A DNA stretch of 44,728 bases from Candidatus Dojkabacteria bacterium (GTDB lineage Bacteria; Patescibacteriota; Dojkabacteria; J137), in contig JAMQHH010000028.1 in the NCBI GenBank assembly GCA_025993875.1, positions 1-44,728 on the forward strand, given 5' to 3'. Position 1 is the stretch's first letter. Each line of letters opens with the position of its first letter. The notes below the pieces were generated by a model. That model was not told the origin of the DNA and did not search any database. It saw only the letters and a program-made list of their open reading frames with translations. Shown here one piece after another: positions 36,103 to 44,728 of this stretch. A program made the position numbers and the translations under genes.

Positions 36103-39100
36103 TTAAACTCTCATAATTTTTTGTATCTCGATATCCGAAATCTCTGCTTTTTCCCCCTCTTCATCTTTTTCTTTGTTTTCGATCTGCTCATCCTCTTCAA
36201 TAAGCCCTAACTTTTTCTTTAGTACCTTTCCTAATGGTACCGGGCGGCCAATTATAACATTTTCTTTAAGTCCTCTCAAATAATCCACTTTACCCATAAT
36301 TGCTGCATCAGTTAAAACTCTTACCTGTTGCTCAAAAGAGGCTGCAGAGAAAAAGCTTTCTGTTCGTATTGAGGAGTTGGTAATCCCCATTAATACTCTT
36401 TCGTATTTAATTGGTTTTTTGTCTGCTTTACCCAAAACTATATTCTCTTTTTCTATGTCCAATACGTCTGCAAAGTCTCCTGCTAAATACTGTTCACTTC
36501 CTCCTGCATCTGTAACCATCCCGTATCTGCCCATTTGTCTGGCAATAATTTCCAGATGCCTATCATCTACTTCAAGACCCTGAATGCTATAAACATCCTG
36601 CACTTCCCTAATAATGTAACTTTGGGCATCTATCATTCCCCTTAGCTTTGCAAGCTCCTTTGGATCACTTGACCCTATTGTTAACTGAGTTCCTTTTTCA
36701 ACTGTATCGCCATCTTTTACCAAGAATACTGTATTGGGTTCTGCCTCTTTCTCTATCTCAATATTTTTTGTTCCAAGAACTGTTAGGTATTTTTCATCTA
36801 ATTGTACTTTCCCATCTACATCACTTTTTAACTCTTTCTTTCCTTTTTTAAATATTGTATCTCCCTGTTGTATTTTATCCCCTTCTTTTACTGCTACAGT
36901 GTATCCGTCTTTTATTTCAAACTTCTTTGCAAACTTCTTTTTTGCTTTTATTCTTACCTTGTATCCTCCGGTTTCTTCGATAATTTCAACTACACCAGGT
37001 TCGTCGGCTAACAATGCTAATGCTTTTGGCGTTCTTGCTTCTAAAAGTTCCTCTACTCTTGGTAAACCCTGTGTAACGTCTGTTTTTACGGCTCTAGCAC
37101 CAGATTTACTTTGTAAAGTAAGCTGTGTTGTAGGCTCGCCAAGTGCCTGTGCTGCAATAATTCCGGCTGCTTCACCGATATCAATAAGCTTTCCTGTCCC
37201 ATTATCGTATCCATAGCACTTGGAGCATACTCCGTGGGCTACACTACACGTTAATGGACTTCTTACTAATACACTGTTTATCTCTTCAATCTTTTCTATT
37301 TGTCTGGCGTTCTCGATTGAGATAGCCTCGCCCTTTTTAACAATAATCTCTCCTGTTTTAGGATTGGATACGTTTTCTTGTGCTATTCTCCCCTTAATTC
37401 TATTGGAGAAAGTTCTTAATCTTTTATCACTTCTTAACACCTTTATTCCGCCTTCTGTTTTACAATCATCTTCTGAAGTAATAATGTCTTGTGCTACATC
37501 TACCAGTCTTCTTGTTAAATAACCCGAATCAGCTGTTCTTAAGGCTACATCGGCGAATCCTTTTCTTGCTCCTCTTGCCGAAACAAAGTATTCGAAATTA
37601 GTAAACCCTTTCTCAAAATTACTCTTTAACGGAAGATCTACGATGTTTCCTGATGGGTCTGTTACATACCCTTGTACTCCCGAGATCTTTTTAACCCATG
37701 CACTTACAGCAATAGCTCCTGAATTTTGCAGATTAACAAGATTATCAGAAGTAGATTTGGCAAGTGCCCAAACATCATCTTGAATTTTGTCGGCATAGTT
37801 TATCCATTCCTCTTTCTTTTTCCACCTCAATTCGTTTGCTGTAATAAAACCCTCGTTATAGTCACTTATAAGCTTTTTTTCCAATTCCTCATACTGTTTT
37901 AGACTTTTCTCTACTATCTCCTTTGCTCCGAATCTAAATTCACTTATAGAAACGGAGAATCCGGATCGTCCTGCATACTTGAACCCCAAATCCTTTATTC
38001 TATCCAGACAATCAATTGCAGTATCTCGGCCATATCTGTTAAAGAGTTCGCCCGAAAGCTGAGTCATATCGGATTTCCCTAGCACCCTATTTATATATTC
38101 GTGCCCTTCGGGAAGCGCCCTATTAAATATTGCTCTACCCGGAGAGGTGATAATAATCTTACCCTCTACAAGAGTTTTTGCAGGCTCGTTAGTTTTTAAA
38201 GTATCTAAATTATATGCTGTTATAAGTTCCTCTGGTGAAGAGTAAACTCTCGATCCAGCTTCTAAACTCGCAGGAATGTTTGTTAAAAGATACAAACCCA
38301 TAGCCATGTCTTTTTCTACTCTTACAATTGGTACACCATCTCTAAGGTTGAGCATGTTATGTTTTGCCATCATTTTTTCTTTTACCTCTTCTACTGCTGC
38401 ATCCGAAAGTGGTAAGTGAACAGCCATCTGGTCTCCGTCAAAGTCTGCATTAAATCCGGTACATACCATTGGATGTAGTCTTATAGCATTACCTTCAATA
38501 AGAACAGGGAAGAAGGCCAAAATACTTTGTTTATGAAGAGTTGGAGCTCTGTTTAGTAAAACCGGTCTATCGTGGCTTACTTCCTCCAAAATATCCCATA
38601 CCTCATCGGTTCGCAACTCAAAGATTACCTTTGCTTTTGCTGGGTTGGCTGCAATTCCCCTACCGATAAGTTCCCTGATAATAAATGGTTTAAAAAGTTC
38701 CAAAGCAATATTTTTGGGAATACCGCATTGGTGAAATTTTAGTTCTGGTCCGGGAACAATTACTGCGCTTCCCGAGTAGTCTACCCTTTTACCCAAAAGA
38801 TTTTGTCTAAATCTTCCCTGTTTACCCCTTAACATATCTGACAGAGATTTAAACGGCATCTGTCTGGAATTTAACGATGGTGCTCCGGGTTTATGGTTGT
38901 TATCTAAAAGAGAATCTACAGATTCCTGTAACATTCTTTTTTCGTTTCTCAATATAATCTCAGGGGCTCCTAATGCGATAAGTCTTTTAAGCCTGTTATT
39001 TCTGTTAATTACTCTTCTATACAGATCGTTTAGATCGTATGTTGCAAAACGTCCTCCAGGTAATTGAACAATTGGTCTTAAATCCGGCGGAATTACGGGT

Positions 39101-40068
39101 AGAACTTCCATTACCATCCACGATGGGTTTACTCCCGATTTCTTTAGCCCTTTTAGTAATCGTAATCTCTGAATTAATTTTGCTTTTCTAAGATCCGATT
39201 TTGTAGAAGCCAGTTCTTTTTCCATTAATTCAATCTCTTTATCGATCTCAATCTTACTTAATAGATCTCTAATAGCTTCGGAACCCATATCTGCTTTAAA
39301 AAAGTAAAAGCTGTAGGAGTCTAATAACTGAAACTCCTCCTCCGAAAGAGTGGTACCTAGCGTTATGTTTTGGATTAAAGCTTTTAGATCTACAAATTTT
39401 TTCTCGATATTCTCCTCTTTTTGCTTGTATGCAGATTTTATTCGGGCAATCTCCTGCTTTTCGTTGTTTAAAATTCTTTCGACCTGCAAGCCTACTTTCT
39501 CTTTTTCCTTAGATCCTTTTTTTATTAGTTTCACCTCTTTCTCGAACCTTTCGGACACCTCTTTAATTTTTTCCTGCATCTCAGATTCTATCTCCTTTAG
39601 CTCGTTTTCCTGTACAGAAACTAATGCATTTAGCACTTTCTCCCTTTCCTCTTCGTTTATCTCTGTTACTGCGTATCGGGCATAATAAATTACTGTTTCA
39701 AGTTTCTTTTGCGGAATTCCAAGTATCATTGCCAGTTTGTTTGGTATACCGTTAGAAAACCACACATGGGTAACCGGTGATGCAAGTTTTATATGTCCCA
39801 TTCTCTCTCTTCTTACTCTTTTGTGAGTAATCTCTACTCCGCATCTGTCGCAAATAATTCCCTTGTATCTTACCTTTTTGTATTTTCCACAGTAACACTC
39901 AAAGTCTTTGGAAGGACCAAAAATCTCCTCGGCCATTAACCCCCCGGGCTCTGGTTTAAATGTTCGGTAGTTTATTGTTTCGGCTTTTGTAACCTCTCCT
40001 CTTGACCAGTTTAAAATATCTTCCGGCGAAGCTATTGAGATTCTTACCGCATTAAAATCTTTAAGCAT
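36103..40068 (-). CDS. rpoC: RNA polymerase beta' subunit
   Basis: ETINYRT, Zn finger CYCGKYK/CDRCG, LLGKRVDYSG, NADFDGDQM, SGYLTRRL, GLPRV, ASFE, LKENVIIG. Confidence 0.98.
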   Translation of the reverse strand: MLKDFNAVRISIASPEDILNWSRGEVTKAETINYRTFKPEPGGLMAEEIFGPSKDFECYCGKYKKVRYKGIICDRCGVEITHKRVRRERMGHIKLASPVTHVWFSNGIPNKLAMILGIPQKKLETVIYYARYAVTEINEEEREKVLNALVSVQENELKEIESEMQEKIKEVSERFEKEVKLIKKGSKEKEKVGLQVERILNNEKQEIARIKSAYKQKEENIEKKFVDLKALIQNITLGTTLSEEEFQLLDSYSFYFFKADMGSEAIRDLLSKIEIDKEIELMEKELASTKSDLRKAKLIQRLRLLKGLKKSGVNPSWMVMEVLPVIPPDLRPIVQLPGGRFATYDLNDLYRRVINRNNRLKRLIALGAPEIILRNEKRMLQESVDSLLDNNHKPGAPSLNSRQMPFKSLSDMLRGKQGRFRQNLLGKRVDYSGSAVIVPGPELKFHQCGIPKNIALELFKPFIIRELIGRGIAANPAKAKVIFELRTDEVWDILEEVSHDRPVLLNRAPTLHKQSILAFFPVLIEGNAIRLHPMVCTGFNADFDGDQMAVHLPLSDAAVEEVKEKMMAKHNMLNLRDGVPIVRVEKDMAMGLYLLTNIPASLEAGSRVYSSPEELITAYNLDTLKTNEPAKTLVEGKIIITSPGRAIFNRALPEGHEYINRVLGKSDMTQLSGELFNRYGRDTAIDCLDRIKDLGFKYAGRSGFSVSISEFRFGAKEIVEKSLKQYEELEKKLISDYNEGFITANELRWKKKEEWINYADKIQDDVWALAKSTSDNLVNLQNSGAIAVSAWVKKISGVQGYVTDPSGNIVDLPLKSNFEKGFTNFEYFVSARGARKGFADVALRTADSGYLTRRLVDVAQDIITSEDDCKTEGGIKVLRSDKRLRTFSNRIKGRIAQENVSNPKTGEIIVKKGEAISIENARQIEKIEEINSVLVRSPLTCSVAHGVCSKCYGYDNGTGKLIDIGEAAGIIAAQALGEPTTQLTLQSKSGARAVKTDVTQGLPRVEELLEARTPKALALLADEPGVVEIIEETGGYKVRIKAKKKFAKKFEIKDGYTVAVKEGDKIQQGDTIFKKGKKELKSDVDGKVQLDEKYLTVLGTKNIEIEKEAEPNTVFLVKDGDTVEKGTQLTIGSSDPKELAKLRGMIDAQSYIIREVQDVYSIQGLEVDDRHLEIIARQMGRYGMVTDAGGSEQYLAGDFADVLDIEKENIVLGKADKKPIKYERVLMGITNSSIRTESFFSAASFEQQVRVLTDAAIMGKVDYLRGLKENVIIGRPVPLGKVLKKKLGLIEEDEQIENKEKDEEGEKAEISDIEIQKIMRV

Positions 40069-40104
40069 AATTTATTATTTTAATATTTAACTAGTTTAGA
40101 ATAC

Positions 40105-43100
40105 TTAATTTATTGTAAAATTTTCCAGCTCCTCTTTATTTTCCGCTATAGTTTGATCGGTAGCGCCGACAGAATCGACTATCTCCTCTAAGGCCATATC
40201 ACCTCGTTGAGTATCGAGCTGTGCACCTATTTTGTCTAATTTAATACTTAAACCGGCAAGCTCTTTATCTAATACATTAAACGATTCCGGAATATTTGGA
40301 GCTGTAATTTTATTACCTGTAATTATGGCTTTATATGCAGCTGCTCTTCCTACCACATCGTCTGATTTAATTGTTAACATTTCGTGCAGCACCGATGGTA
40401 CGCCATGTGCTTCTAATGCCCAAACCTCCATTTCTCCAAATCTTCTACCTCCACGCTGTGCTTTTCCTCTAAGAGGTTGCTGAGTTACCAGTGTATATGG
40501 GCCGGTGGATCTTGCATGTACCTTATTATCGGCCAAGTGATCCAGTTTTAGAAAATATTTTGTTCCAACGGCAACTTTGTTTGGAAACTTTTTGCCTGTT
40601 CTTCCATCATAAAGGTCAATTTTTTCCTCGATAGAAACACCTTCTTTTTTGGCAAGATCTAGTACAGGGTCAATTGAATAATCTCCAAATGGTTGAACTT
40701 CGGCTTTTACACCTAATTTTCGACATATATTTCCAACATGCGCTTCGATAAGTTGCCCTACATTCATTCTTTTAATCATTCCAGTCGGATTTAATAACAC
40801 ATCTACCCTTGTACCTTCTTTGGTAAATGGCATATCCTCTTCGGGTACTATTTTGGTAATTACACCTTTTTCTCCATGAAATCCTGTTAGTTTATCTCCA
40901 ACCGAAATTTTATGTGTTTTGGCGACCCATACCTTTACCTGCTTTATAACTCCAGAGTTAAGTTTTGCTCCAGAATTTTTATCTAAAACCTGTGTGCCGA
41001 TAACAACTCCTTTATCTCCATAGGGCATTCTTAAAGAATTATCTCTTACATCCCTGGAGTATTCGCCGAAGATAGCTCTAAGTAGTTTTTCTTCTGCGGT
41101 AGGCTCGGATTCTCCTTTTGGAGCAATTATTCCTACCAATATATCGCTCGAATCTACACTTGCTCCAATTCTTACTATTCCCGATTCATCAAGATTTCTT
41201 AGGGCATATTCACCGACTCCCGGTATATCTCTGGTTACTTGTTCTGGCCCTAGTTTCGTTTCTCTAATTTCTTGAATGTATTCTTGTATGTGTACAGATG
41301 TAAGCCTGTCCTCTTTTACGACTTTCTCTGAAATAATAATTCCATCTTCAAAATTATAACCGTCAAATACCAAATATGCAGTTACAAGGTTAACTCCTAA
41401 TGCTAGTTCTCCGTTTTGAGTGGAAGGTCCGTCTGCTAAAACGTCTCCAGCTTTAACAGTACTGCCCTGCATTACAATTGGGGACTGGCTAAAGCAGGAA
41501 TTTTGGTTGGTTCTTGTAAATTTCTCTATAAAGTAGCTTTTCTTTCCTAGTTCCTTATCTTTATAGTCAACAACAATTTTTCGGGCATCCACATATATTA
41601 CTCTACCTTCTCCTTCGGCATAAACAACTCTTCCTGTCGCCTTGGCTGCATCTTTTTCGTAACCTGTACCTACAATTGGAGATTCAGGATTAATTAGCGG
41701 GATTGCCTGATTTTGCATTTTCGATCCCATTAATGTTTTAATGGAGTCGTCGTTTGCTCCAAAAGGAATTAATGCTAGTCCAAGCCCTGCAATCTGAGAA
41801 GGAATTATATCGATAAGGTCAATTTCGTGCACATTAACCTTGGTATATCTTTGCCCGTCTCTTACGTATGTACTTTCCTCTAAGATATTTTTATCGTTAT
41901 CTACATTTATATTAATACTTGCAATTTTATGTTCAAGTTCTATATCTGCATCTATGTAAATAACTTCATCGGTTATGAATGGGACCAACTTAAACTCTTT
42001 TGCTTCAATATCATCGATTTTTTCTACCATCGATGTTGTTAGTTTTTCTCCTTTTTTTATAAGCACTTTGCCTTTAGAATTTGTTAAGTCCTCCTCCATG
42101 ATACGGCCAACAAGCTCTTTTTTCTTCTCTGTTTTACCGTTAAATTTGTTTTTTACAACATAGTAAGGTGCTTCCAAAAATCCATACTCATTTATTCTGG
42201 AATATATTGCCAATTGATTTACCATACCAATTGATGGTCCTTCGGGAGTTGTTACAGGGCAAAGTCTGGAGTAGTGGGAGTTGTGTACATCTCTTACAGA
42301 GAATGTAGCCCTCTCTTTAGTTAATCCTCTTGGACCTCCTGCTGAGATTTTTCTTTTGGCCTCCAGCTCGCTAAATGGATTCTCTTGATCCATAAATCTT
42401 ACTTGCGCACTGCTCCCAAAAAACTGATTAACTGCCGTTACTATTGGTCTTGTATTAATGAGCATTGCCGGAGTTACTTTCTCTTCTACGGAATAAGTAC
42501 TCATCTTGTCGCGGATATTTTTCTCCATTGAAAGTAGCCCACCTCGTAGTTTTTCTGTTAAAAGCTCGTTTACCCCTCTAATTCTCCTATTGCTTAAACT
42601 ATCAATGTCGTCGGGCTCCCGTTGACCGTTATTAAGTTCAATTAAGGTTTTTATAACTTCCACAATATCTCGCTTTTTAAGAGTGTAATCGGATATTGAG
42701 ATATCCTCCTTAATTCCTAGTTTTTTGTTTAATTTGTATCTTCCGATTTTTCCTAAGTAAAATCTCCTTTTATTAAAGAAAATATTATGAATAAGCGCTT
42801 TGGCATTCTCAAGGGTTACTGTATCTTCCGGTCTTAGTTTTCTATAGATATCTATTAAGGCTTCCTCCGTATTTTTTGTAGGATCCTTTTTTAATGTAGT
42901 TTCGAGAATACTCGTTTCTCCTTTATCAACTCCCCCAAAAACTCTCAATATGTCTTCATTGGATGAGTATCCGAGTGCTCTTATTAATGTTGTTAAGATT
43001 ATTCGGGGCCTTTTTTGTAAAAGCTTTATACTCATTACTCCGTATTTATTCATTTCGAATTCATACCAGTTTCCTCTATGAGGCATTAGTTTTACCGAAT

Positions 43101-43554
43101 AAATTTTTTTCTTTGGAGTGGAGTTTTTGCTTTCTCCAAATAAAAGTCCTTCAGATCTTAGTATTTGAAAAACAACAACTCTTTCGTTCCCGTTAACAAT
43201 AAAAGAAGCTCTATCTGTCATCAAAGGAACGTCTGTAAGGTAGATTTTTTGCTTTTTTATCTCACCACTTTTTTTGTTGAGAAGCCTTACATTTACATGA
43301 ACAGGTACTTCGTAGGTTAAGCCAAGTTTTTGAGCTTCCAAAAAGCTTATTTTGGATTTTCCCCACTCTACTTCCTGAAACTCAAGCTCCCAGGAATTCC
43401 CGTTATAGTCTAAAACAGGGTTTATTTCGTCAAAAATCTCCTCAAAACCGTCTTCAACAAAGTTTCGAAAAAATTTCTTTTGCGCCTCTAAAAAATCAAC
43501 ATCCTGGTGCGGAATAGGATTTTTGGTTAGCATTATCCTTTTATTTGCTGGCAT
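40105..43554 (-). CDS. rpoB: RNA polymerase beta subunit
   Basis: NGNERVVV, FMDQ.NP, RDVH, TPEGP, GYNFED, GDKL, HARSTGPY, RFGEMEVWALEA, PESF. Confidence 0.98.
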   Translation of the reverse strand: MPANKRIMLTKNPIPHQDVDFLEAQKKFFRNFVEDGFEEIFDEINPVLDYNGNSWELEFQEVEWGKSKISFLEAQKLGLTYEVPVHVNVRLLNKKSGEIKKQKIYLTDVPLMTDRASFIVNGNERVVVFQILRSEGLLFGESKNSTPKKKIYSVKLMPHRGNWYEFEMNKYGVMSIKLLQKRPRIILTTLIRALGYSSNEDILRVFGGVDKGETSILETTLKKDPTKNTEEALIDIYRKLRPEDTVTLENAKALIHNIFFNKRRFYLGKIGRYKLNKKLGIKEDISISDYTLKKRDIVEVIKTLIELNNGQREPDDIDSLSNRRIRGVNELLTEKLRGGLLSMEKNIRDKMSTYSVEEKVTPAMLINTRPIVTAVNQFFGSSAQVRFMDQENPFSELEAKRKISAGGPRGLTKERATFSVRDVHNSHYSRLCPVTTPEGPSIGMVNQLAIYSRINEYGFLEAPYYVVKNKFNGKTEKKKELVGRIMEEDLTNSKGKVLIKKGEKLTTSMVEKIDDIEAKEFKLVPFITDEVIYIDADIELEHKIASININVDNDKNILEESTYVRDGQRYTKVNVHEIDLIDIIPSQIAGLGLALIPFGANDDSIKTLMGSKMQNQAIPLINPESPIVGTGYEKDAAKATGRVVYAEGEGRVIYVDARKIVVDYKDKELGKKSYFIEKFTRTNQNSCFSQSPIVMQGSTVKAGDVLADGPSTQNGELALGVNLVTAYLVFDGYNFEDGIIISEKVVKEDRLTSVHIQEYIQEIRETKLGPEQVTRDIPGVGEYALRNLDESGIVRIGASVDSSDILVGIIAPKGESEPTAEEKLLRAIFGEYSRDVRDNSLRMPYGDKGVVIGTQVLDKNSGAKLNSGVIKQVKVWVAKTHKISVGDKLTGFHGEKGVITKIVPEEDMPFTKEGTRVDVLLNPTGMIKRMNVGQLIEAHVGNICRKLGVKAEVQPFGDYSIDPVLDLAKKEGVSIEEKIDLYDGRTGKKFPNKVAVGTKYFLKLDHLADNKVHARSTGPYTLVTQQPLRGKAQRGGRRFGEMEVWALEAHGVPSVLHEMLTIKSDDVVGRAAAYKAIITGNKITAPNIPESFNVLDKELAGLSIKLDKIGAQLDTQRGDMALEEIVDSVGATDQTIAENKEELENFTIN

Positions 43555-43633
43555 ATTATAATAGAGTAAACAAATTTAAATTATTTTGGTACTTATGTAC
43601 CCTATAGTTTTGTTTAAATCGTGCCGTATACGC

Positions 43634-43663
43634 AAAAAAACTACTATTATCCCATAGTAGTTT
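43634..43663 (-). terminator. Intrinsic terminator-like hairpin upstream of rpoB
   Basis: Minus strand AAACTACTAT-GGGATA-ATAGTAG followed by TTTTTTT. Confidence 0.55.
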
Positions 43664-43777
43664 AAATTTCTTCCAATTTATATTATTATTATTCTGACCA
43701 AAATTTTTCTGCAAAAAGTGTAGGTATTTATAACACAGAAACATCTTTTTGTAAAGACAAGAAAGTATATTTTGCCA

Positions 43778-44728
43778 TTAACTTTTTTTTCGAAACCTTT
43801 TAGTAAATAAAAGAAGAGCAGGAAGCGGGCTAGTTCCTCCTCCTGCAGCACTAACTGCTAATCCCCCAGCAAGTAAAATTAAAGGAGTAACCAAAACTAC
43901 TTTAACTACCTCTGTTATTGCTTGGTTTGCGTTGGTACCTTCTTCTTGTCCTTCCCCACTTAAAGCTATTAGAGATTCCTCTTCTGTATCTGTAACTGTA
44001 TTAACAGGGTTTGATTCAGGAAAACTCTCAGGTGTTGGTGTAACTGTAACTGTCGGTGCTGCTGTTGGGGTTGGGATTACTACCGGTATCTCTACTGTAA
44101 AACTCTCCTCACTGCTCTCTCCTATCTTTTGTGTTATTTCCTCTCCATTGTTATCTATTCCTGTTGTATATCCTTCTACCTTCCAACTGTATTCTTTTTC
44201 TTCTGTTAATGTTATCTCTAATTCCTGTTCTGTTCCCTCTATCTTTTCTACTGTTTCTAATATCTCTCCATCCAGATATACATGGTACCTTTCTACCTCG
44301 CTTTCTTCTGTATCCGTCCATTGTAAGGTTGGATTTAAATTATCTATTGTTACATCTACAGGATATTCCAATGTTAGTTCCAATACTTCGGGATTTACTG
44401 TAAATGTTACTTCTTCCATCTCTCCGCTTTCTACATCTCCTGCTCTTAGTGCTGTTACACTCCAGCTATGTTCTCCTATTAATTTTGTTCCTGCATATTG
44501 ATACTGTGATTCTTCTGTTGTAGCATTTAGTTCTCCATCCAGATATACAAGATATCTTTCTACTGTTGGATCTACCGAACTTTCCCAGTCTAAAAGTGGT
44601 TTTGTATCTGTTATTTCTTCCTCGTTTACAGGATAAACTGGATTAAATTTTATTCTGTAATTTGGATTATCTAAAGAAGCTGTAAAGTTTAGAGAAAATT
44701 CGGATGTAGAGCCCAGGTTATTTGTAGC
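43778..44728 (-). CDS. C-terminal part of a large surface protein (Ig/FN3-like repeats, Pro/Thr linker, C-terminal membrane anchor); 5' end outside the window
   Basis: Frame open to the window edge (ATNNLGSTSEFS...). Two repeats YPV...P.L.W...VERY.VYLDGE, PTPTAAPTVTVTPTP linker, TM helix and KRFRKKS tail. Confidence 0.85.
   Translation of the reverse strand, partial: ATNNLGSTSEFSLNFTASLDNPNYRIKFNPVYPVNEEEITDTKPLLDWESSVDPTVERYLVYLDGELNATTEESQYQYAGTKLIGEHSWSVTALRAGDVESGEMEEVTFTVNPEVLELTLEYPVDVTIDNLNPTLQWTDTEESEVERYHVYLDGEILETVEKIEGTEQELEITLTEEKEYSWKVEGYTTGIDNNGEEITQKIGESSEESFTVEIPVVIPTPTAAPTVTVTPTPESFPESNPVNTVTDTEEESLIALSGEGQEEGTNANQAITEVVKVVLVTPLILLAGGLAVSAAGGGTSPLPALLLFTKRFRKKS

Noticed and set aside
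39380-39670. Long coiled-coil insertion in beta' as a novelty
   Set aside because: A comparable insertion at this position is known from Actinobacteria and related lineages.
43932-44501. 189 aa plus-strand ORF and other antisense ORFs over rpoB, rpoC, recF and tatD
   Set aside because: Shadow frames of well-supported genes on the opposite strand.
1-44728. Alternative genetic code (TGA = Gly, as in Gracilibacteria)
   Set aside because: Long genes are uninterrupted in code 11, and TGA ends genes at 17106, 19133, 26883 and 34732.
1-44728. CRISPR array, IS element, retron or prophage
   Set aside because: No regularly spaced repeats, transposase, reverse transcriptase or phage genes recognised.

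Overview
AT-rich, gene-dense bacterial chromosome segment using the standard code (TGA is a stop). The divergent housekeeping proteins, TrmB-type regulator, ECF/anti-sigma pair, bacterial Elp3 and Wzm/Wzt glycan locus suggest a Patescibacteria/CPR organism (inference). Left to right: a 5'-truncated ABC-F ATPase, DUF1801, a degenerate thymidine-kinase-like gene, ECF sigma plus a membrane partner, tatD, rpsT, tRNA-binding and RNA-modification genes, an ABC-2 exporter, an ~11 kb surface-glycan locus (GtrABC-like, GT2/GT4/GT-D, methyltransferases, wzt/wzm, galE), a head-to-head Trm9-like methyltransferase/Elp3 pair, speD-like/aguA, trmB, tRNA-Ala(CGC), recF, yraN, rpsG-rpsL-rpoC-rpoB and a truncated surface protein. 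Main highlights: (1) Elp3 paired with a Trm9-like enzyme, suggesting a eukaryote/archaea-type mcm5U34 wobble pathway in a bacterium; (2) an RNA polymerase whose trigger loop lacks the normally invariant R933/H936, with further active-site and rifampicin-pocket changes; (3) a ~140-nt rod-like inverted repeat overlapping the aguA start; (4) several apparently leaderless genes and a non-canonical start for yraN. Reference motifs and E. coli numbering are recalled from memory and aligned by eye. No CRISPR array, transposase or integrase was seen.
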